64,000 nucleotides of DNA, taken from Candidatus Multivoradales bacterium (GTDB lineage Bacteria; Acidobacteriota; Thermoanaerobaculia; Multivoradales; JAHEKO01). Shown one piece after another: positions 59,818-64,000 of the stretch. Position numbers and translations under genes: made by a program. The notes below the pieces were generated by a model. That model was not told where the DNA came from. It saw only the letters and a program-made list of their open reading frames with translations, and made no database searches. Where the stretch lies: positions 1,376,001 to 1,440,000 of the forward strand of contig CBDCXM010000009.1 in the NCBI GenBank assembly GCA_965223855.1, in the 5' to 3' direction. The stretch's first letter is position 1. The number at the start of each line of letters is the position of its first letter.

Positions 59818-61271
59818 GTGATTCCTCCATGGTCGTTCTTGAGGGGGATGCGCGCAGTGACCGTGGCGCCGTCTCCCGGTTGCGAGGTGATTCTCAGACT
59901 TCCGCCGACGCCCTCGGCCCGTTCGCGAAGGATCGCGAGACCGAAGCGTGGCGCGTCCTTTCTCTGAGCCGTGCGGGGGTCGAAACCGCGCCCGTCGTCG
60001 GTGATCGACACGACGACCTCCTCCCCGTCGCGGGTCAGAGTAACCAGGGCGACGTCGGCATCGGCGTGCTTGCGGACGTTGGAGAGGCTCTCCTGCACGA
60101 TCCTGAGCAGCTGTAACTCGACGGCCTCCTCGACCGCGACGGTGCCGTCGGCCTCGAGACGGACGTCGATCGAGGTCTGCTCGCGCCATCGCTCGAGGTA
60201 ACGCTCGAGTACGGATGCCAGAGGCTCGTCGGCGTCGGGGGTCGTGCGTAGCGCCAGGATTCCCTCGCGTGTTTCGCGGTAGGCCTCCCTGGCGGCCGCG
60301 GCGAGCTGGTCGAGATGTCGGAACGCCTCGGTCTTTCGGTCCTTGACCAGGTTCTCCCGTACGACCTGGGTCTTGGCGTTCGCGTAGGCGAGAACCTGCG
60401 CGACGCCGTCGTGCATCTCGCGGGCAATACGAGCCCTTTCCTCGGCGATGGCGAGCGAGCTGAGCCGGGTGTGCATGTCCGCGTTGTCGATGGCGATCGC
60501 CGCCTGGTCGGCGAAGCGGCCGAGGGTCGCCTCGTCGTCATCGTCGAAGGGGCTGCCGTCTGCCTTGTCCGTCAGGTAGAGGTTGCCGCGGAAGCCTCGT
60601 TTGGTGCTGATCGGCACTGCCAGCAACGAGGTCATGTCGGGGTGATGCTCAGGAAGACCGGAGAAGCGAGGATCGCGGGTCAGATCGTCGACTCTCAGAA
60701 CCTGACCTCCGTGCAGCGGTACCCCGAGCAGTCCCTTGCCGACAGGCGGATCGCCGATCGCTTCGCGCGTCGCCGGGTCGATTCCCGAGGTGACGAATTG
60801 CTCGATCGCGCCGTTCACACCGATGGTCGACATGGCCCCGTATTTCGCTCCGGTGAGCCGACGGACTTGATCCACGACTTTCTGGAGGATCCGGTCGAGG
60901 GACAGCTCACCGTAGATGTCGAGACTCGCGCGGTGGAGTGCAAGCATCTCGGCGTCGTGCCGGGCGGAACGAACCTGCGCCTGCTCGTAGGCGGACAGCA
61001 GCCAATGGACGAGCATCGTCAGCAGCGCCGCCAGAATGACTGCCGCGACGAGGCGCGCAGTCAGCCCGGTGGCGAAGCGGGTGAGAAACCCCTCGACCAG
61101 TGCGACGGCTACCGGCGGGGCGAGGAGCAGCACCGGTCGCAGCCGGGTGATCCTCGAGCCGGGGTGAACTTCGGCTGAGGAGGCTACGCTCAACGCCTCG
61201 GCATCCTGCGAACCGTCCCCGTGAGCACTGGAGTCGGCCCCGCTCCCGTCAGGTGAGCGCTCCTCGGACAT
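59814..61271 (-). CDS. GAF-domain sensor histidine kinase (HisKA_3, NarX/DosS-like)
   Basis: Start ATG 61271; two TM helices, GAF, ERARIAREMHDGVAQ, ESLSNVRKHA, DDGRGF, FGL. Confidence 0.92.
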   Translation of the reverse strand: MSEERSPDGSGADSSAHGDGSQDAEALSVASSAEVHPGSRITRLRPVLLLAPPVAVALVEGFLTRFATGLTARLVAAVILAALLTMLVHWLLSAYEQAQVRSARHDAEMLALHRASLDIYGELSLDRILQKVVDQVRRLTGAKYGAMSTIGVNGAIEQFVTSGIDPATREAIGDPPVGKGLLGVPLHGGQVLRVDDLTRDPRFSGLPEHHPDMTSLLAVPISTKRGFRGNLYLTDKADGSPFDDDDEATLGRFADQAAIAIDNADMHTRLSSLAIAEERARIAREMHDGVAQVLAYANAKTQVVRENLVKDRKTEAFRHLDQLAAAAREAYRETREGILALRTTPDADEPLASVLERYLERWREQTSIDVRLEADGTVAVEEAVELQLLRIVQESLSNVRKHADADVALVTLTRDGEEVVVSITDDGRGFDPRTAQRKDAPRFGLAILRERAEGVGGSLRITSQPGDGATVTARIPLKNDHGGIT

Positions 61272-61470
61272 TCGCCGAGTATCCGTCCGTAGAGGCTGGC
61301 GTCGCAACCCTTCGAAGGGTGGGTCGCCTGCTCCCCGTTGGGGTGGTGGGCCTCGTTGCGACGGACTCCTGCGCGGTCCGATCGGGAGCGCCTTCGATGG
61401 TGACGGGAACGAACTCCGACCGATTCCGGCCGCGGCCTCCGCGGCGCTGCGCTGTGGTCGATCGGTCGCC

Positions 61471-62226
61471 TTATCGACGGTCGCCGCCGGGTCTCCGGAA
61501 GATTGCGCCCTCGATGGCTGCATTGACCGCCTTCGCACGCACCTCGGTGCGCTGCACCCGTTCGCCGGTGGCGAGATCGAACTTCTCGACGAGGAAGGGC
61601 GAGAGGACTCCGCCCAGGCGCCGGTAGTCCGAGTAGCGGGTCTCGAAGCGCTTCTTCTCTGGGTCGGCGGCTGGATGGAGGGCGTGGTCGCTCCTCTGGC
61701 GGGCGATCAGGTAGGTGTCGGCGTCGAGGTAGTAGCGGTCCGCGAAGCCGTCCTCGTGCAGGAGATCGACGACCCAGTACGACCGGTCCTCGAGTTGCTC
61801 GGGACCGCTCACCGTGACCTCGACTCCCTGGTCCTCGTATTCGTGAAGTCCGTAGAGGTTGCCGAGCACGCCCCGCCAGAGGATCCTCGCCTCCTCGTCG
61901 GTGATCGGCGAGCCGGAGGTCTCGCCCTGCCGCATCGCCCAGGCCGCTCCGTCGTGAAGCCCTTCCGTGAAGACGCGCTCGCCGTCGATGGAAACGTCGA
62001 TCCTCATGCTGCCGGAACGGACGGCACGGTAGCGGCCCTCGGCCACCCAGCCCTCGTCGATCGTCACGGTGACGTCGACGGACTCGATCGCCTCGATCGC
62101 GGCGGCACCGCCGCGCGCCGCGACGTGGCGTCGCAGCACCTCGGCCTCGTCGAGCGCAGACGCCACGCCGGCGTCCCAGAGCAGAGGGAGCGCGAAGAGA
62201 AACAGTTCGGGGCGGGCCAGTCGCAT
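61471..62226 (-). CDS. Exported hypothetical protein (LolA-like / outer-membrane lipoprotein-sorting-like fold)
   Basis: Start ATG 62226; signal peptide, HVAARGG, YYLDADTYLI, YSDYRRLGGVLSPF, IFRRP. Confidence 0.65.
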   Translation of the reverse strand: MRLARPELFLFALPLLWDAGVASALDEAEVLRRHVAARGGAAAIEAIESVDVTVTIDEGWVAEGRYRAVRSGSMRIDVSIDGERVFTEGLHDGAAWAMRQGETSGSPITDEEARILWRGVLGNLYGLHEYEDQGVEVTVSGPEQLEDRSYWVVDLLHEDGFADRYYLDADTYLIARQRSDHALHPAADPEKKRFETRYSDYRRLGGVLSPFLVEKFDLATGERVQRTEVRAKAVNAAIEGAIFRRPGGDRR

Positions 62227-62537
62227 ACGTTTCCTCTCGGACGCTTCTTCTCCGGACCGGTCTCGGCGGCCGAGATGCAGTTTTTTTAGCACACTCAGGT
62301 CGGGAAGGCCATTCCGGTCGGCCTCGGCTGTCAGCTTGCTGTCATGCGGGAGTTTCTAGAGTGCTCATGTGTCAAGGCGATCCGCCGTGCGTGCGCCCCG
62401 CCCGGTTCCAACAACCTCCTTGCTCCCGCTGTTCTCCCACCAGGCTAGCTCCTCTTCTTCCGCAGCACCCGGCGCACGCAGGGTCGGATCCGCCCCCGGC
62501 ACCGCCGCTCGCCGCATCGCCGGCGAGCCGCACCCCT

Positions 62538-63626
62538 TCAGCGCCGAGCGCCGTCCGGCAGCAGCGGCAGTTGGTCGCCCGGCCGGCGAAAGGCCCCGGT
62601 CGACAGCCGGGGCGGCCGCCGCGACAGTCCGGCCTTGCGCAGCCCGATCGAGAAGAGTTGCTCGATCGGTTCCGCATAGGGCCCGCGACCGCGAAATCGT
62701 CGGTGAAACCTGCTGTCGTTGAGCCGCCCGTCCCGCAGCTCGCGGATCCGGTGCACGACCCGGTCGCGGCGGTCGGGGTAGTGGTGCTGTAGCCAGTCCG
62801 TGAAGAGCCCGGCCACCTTGCCCGGGAGGCGCAACAGCAGATAGCCGGCGTGGCTCGCACCGGCTTCGGCGGCGGCGGCGAGGATGGCGGGGATCTCGGA
62901 GTCGGTCAGCCCGGGAATCACCGGGCCGATCATCACACCGCAAGGCACTCCGGCTCGCGTCAGCTCGGCGATCGCCTCGAGTCTGCGAACGGGCGTCGAG
63001 GTCCTCGGCTCCATCCGACGCGCGAGCTCACGATCGAGGGTGGTGACCGAGAGCGTGACCGTGGCTGCATCGAAGCGGGCGAGCTCGACCAGGAGGTCGG
63101 CGTCACGGGTGACGAGGTGGTTCTTGGTGATCACGCTCACCGGATTGCGGTGCTCCGCCAGAACCTTCAGGCAGTCTCGAGTGAGGCCGAGACGCCGTTC
63201 GATCGGCTGGTAGGGATCGGTGACGCCGGAGAACGCGATCACCCGGGGAGTCCAGCTCCGCGCACCCAACTCGCGGCGCAGCAACTCAGGAGCGTGCTGC
63301 TTGACCAGGATCCTGGTCTCGAAGTCGAGGCCGGCGGAAAGCCCCAGGTACTCGTGCGTCGGTCGGGCGTAACAGTAGCTGCAGCCGTGCTCGCAGCCGC
63401 GATACGGGTTCAGGGAGACGTCGAACGGGACGTCCGGACTGTCGTTGCGGGAGAGGACCGAGCGGCTGTCGTCGCGCAGGTACCGGGTTCTGACGTTCTC
63501 GGCCGACGGTTGTTCCGGCTCGAAGTGAAGACGCTCGAAGCGGCTCCCGGGATTCGCGCCGCTACCCCGGCCGCGAGGCGGCTCGAAAGTTCGCTTCGGA
63601 TCGCCGGTGGTCTCGATGTCTGACAT
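62538..63626 (-). CDS. PA0069-family radical SAM protein (spore photoproduct lyase-like)
   Basis: NPYRGCEHGCSYCYARPTHEYL, SGVTDPYQPIE, ITKN, PVIPGLTD. Confidence 0.93.
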   Translation of the reverse strand: MSDIETTGDPKRTFEPPRGRGSGANPGSRFERLHFEPEQPSAENVRTRYLRDDSRSVLSRNDSPDVPFDVSLNPYRGCEHGCSYCYARPTHEYLGLSAGLDFETRILVKQHAPELLRRELGARSWTPRVIAFSGVTDPYQPIERRLGLTRDCLKVLAEHRNPVSVITKNHLVTRDADLLVELARFDAATVTLSVTTLDRELARRMEPRTSTPVRRLEAIAELTRAGVPCGVMIGPVIPGLTDSEIPAILAAAAEAGASHAGYLLLRLPGKVAGLFTDWLQHHYPDRRDRVVHRIRELRDGRLNDSRFHRRFRGRGPYAEPIEQLFSIGLRKAGLSRRPPRLSTGAFRRPGDQLPLLPDGARR

Positions 63627-63889
63627 CCCTAGCTAAGTCTCCGGGGAGCTTCGGTACCGATGGTATCGCCGCTGCGATGCAACCGTGGGAGAGAAGCGGG
63701 ACGGCAACCTCCCGCTCGACGCCCGGCCGGCCCACGAGAGTGCGACGACTCCCGCGAAGCACGAGGCCCTTCGGAGCTCTGTGGACGCTGGTGGGCGCGG
63801 CCTCATGGATGTCTCGGGAAACCTCAGCTCACGGATCTGCGTAGGCCAGGACAGGGATCGATCGAGTTTCGATGGGAGGAGCATGGGGT

Positions 63890-64000
63890 ATGAAGAAACG
63901 GACTCTTCTTGGGATCGCCGTCGCGGTGCTGCTGGTCGTCGTCGCGGCGCACTGGTACTTCGCCGACCGCGGCCGCTTCACCACCGAGGCCGAGTACGAC
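63890..64000 (+). CDS. Exported or membrane-anchored protein, 3' truncated by window edge
   Basis: GGAGGAG upstream, MKKRTLLGIAVAVLLVVVAAHWYF N-terminus. Confidence 0.6.
   Translation, partial: MKKRTLLGIAVAVLLVVVAAHWYFADRGRFTTEAEYD

Noticed and set aside
62286-62367. CIRCE (HrcA) operator
   Set aside because: Half sites are imperfect and about 60 nt apart rather than 9, and no chaperone gene follows

Overview
High-GC, gene-dense bacterial window. Gene content and style (acidobacterial-type pilin, TPR-secretin-cohesin, IFxDxFESG C-terminal tail) suggest Acidobacteriota, but this is inference. Contents in order: a type IV pilus locus (PilR-like sigma-54 activator, pilY1, pilX/W/V/fimT, PilS-like kinase, pilD, major pilin, two sigma-54 promoters); a surface-modification block (two M20 peptidases, GT-C and YfhO glycosyltransferases, DegT aminotransferase, sulfatase-like proteins, UbiA-type phosphoribosyltransferase); an acyl-CoA carboxylase pair; LPS genes (waaA, lpxK, lpxL, waaF); an ECF sigma/anti-sigma-led T2SS/T4P-like operon; dut; and assorted accessory genes. 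No rRNA, tRNA, CRISPR array or transposase was seen. Top finding: a gene broken by the ORF track (50574-51617) reads as signal peptide, U-A-G-U (two in-frame TGA codons spaced as CxxC, followed by a SECIS-like hairpin), then an outer-membrane beta-barrel. It is translationally coupled to an exported thioredoxin, making a candidate double-selenocysteine outer-membrane redox/metal system. Second finding: both M20 peptidases lack the GHxSxP and NVxP dimerisation loops, and a small secreted protein next to the pilin encodes exactly those loops (candidate split, heteromeric M20 enzyme). Many start codons were re-assigned by eye.
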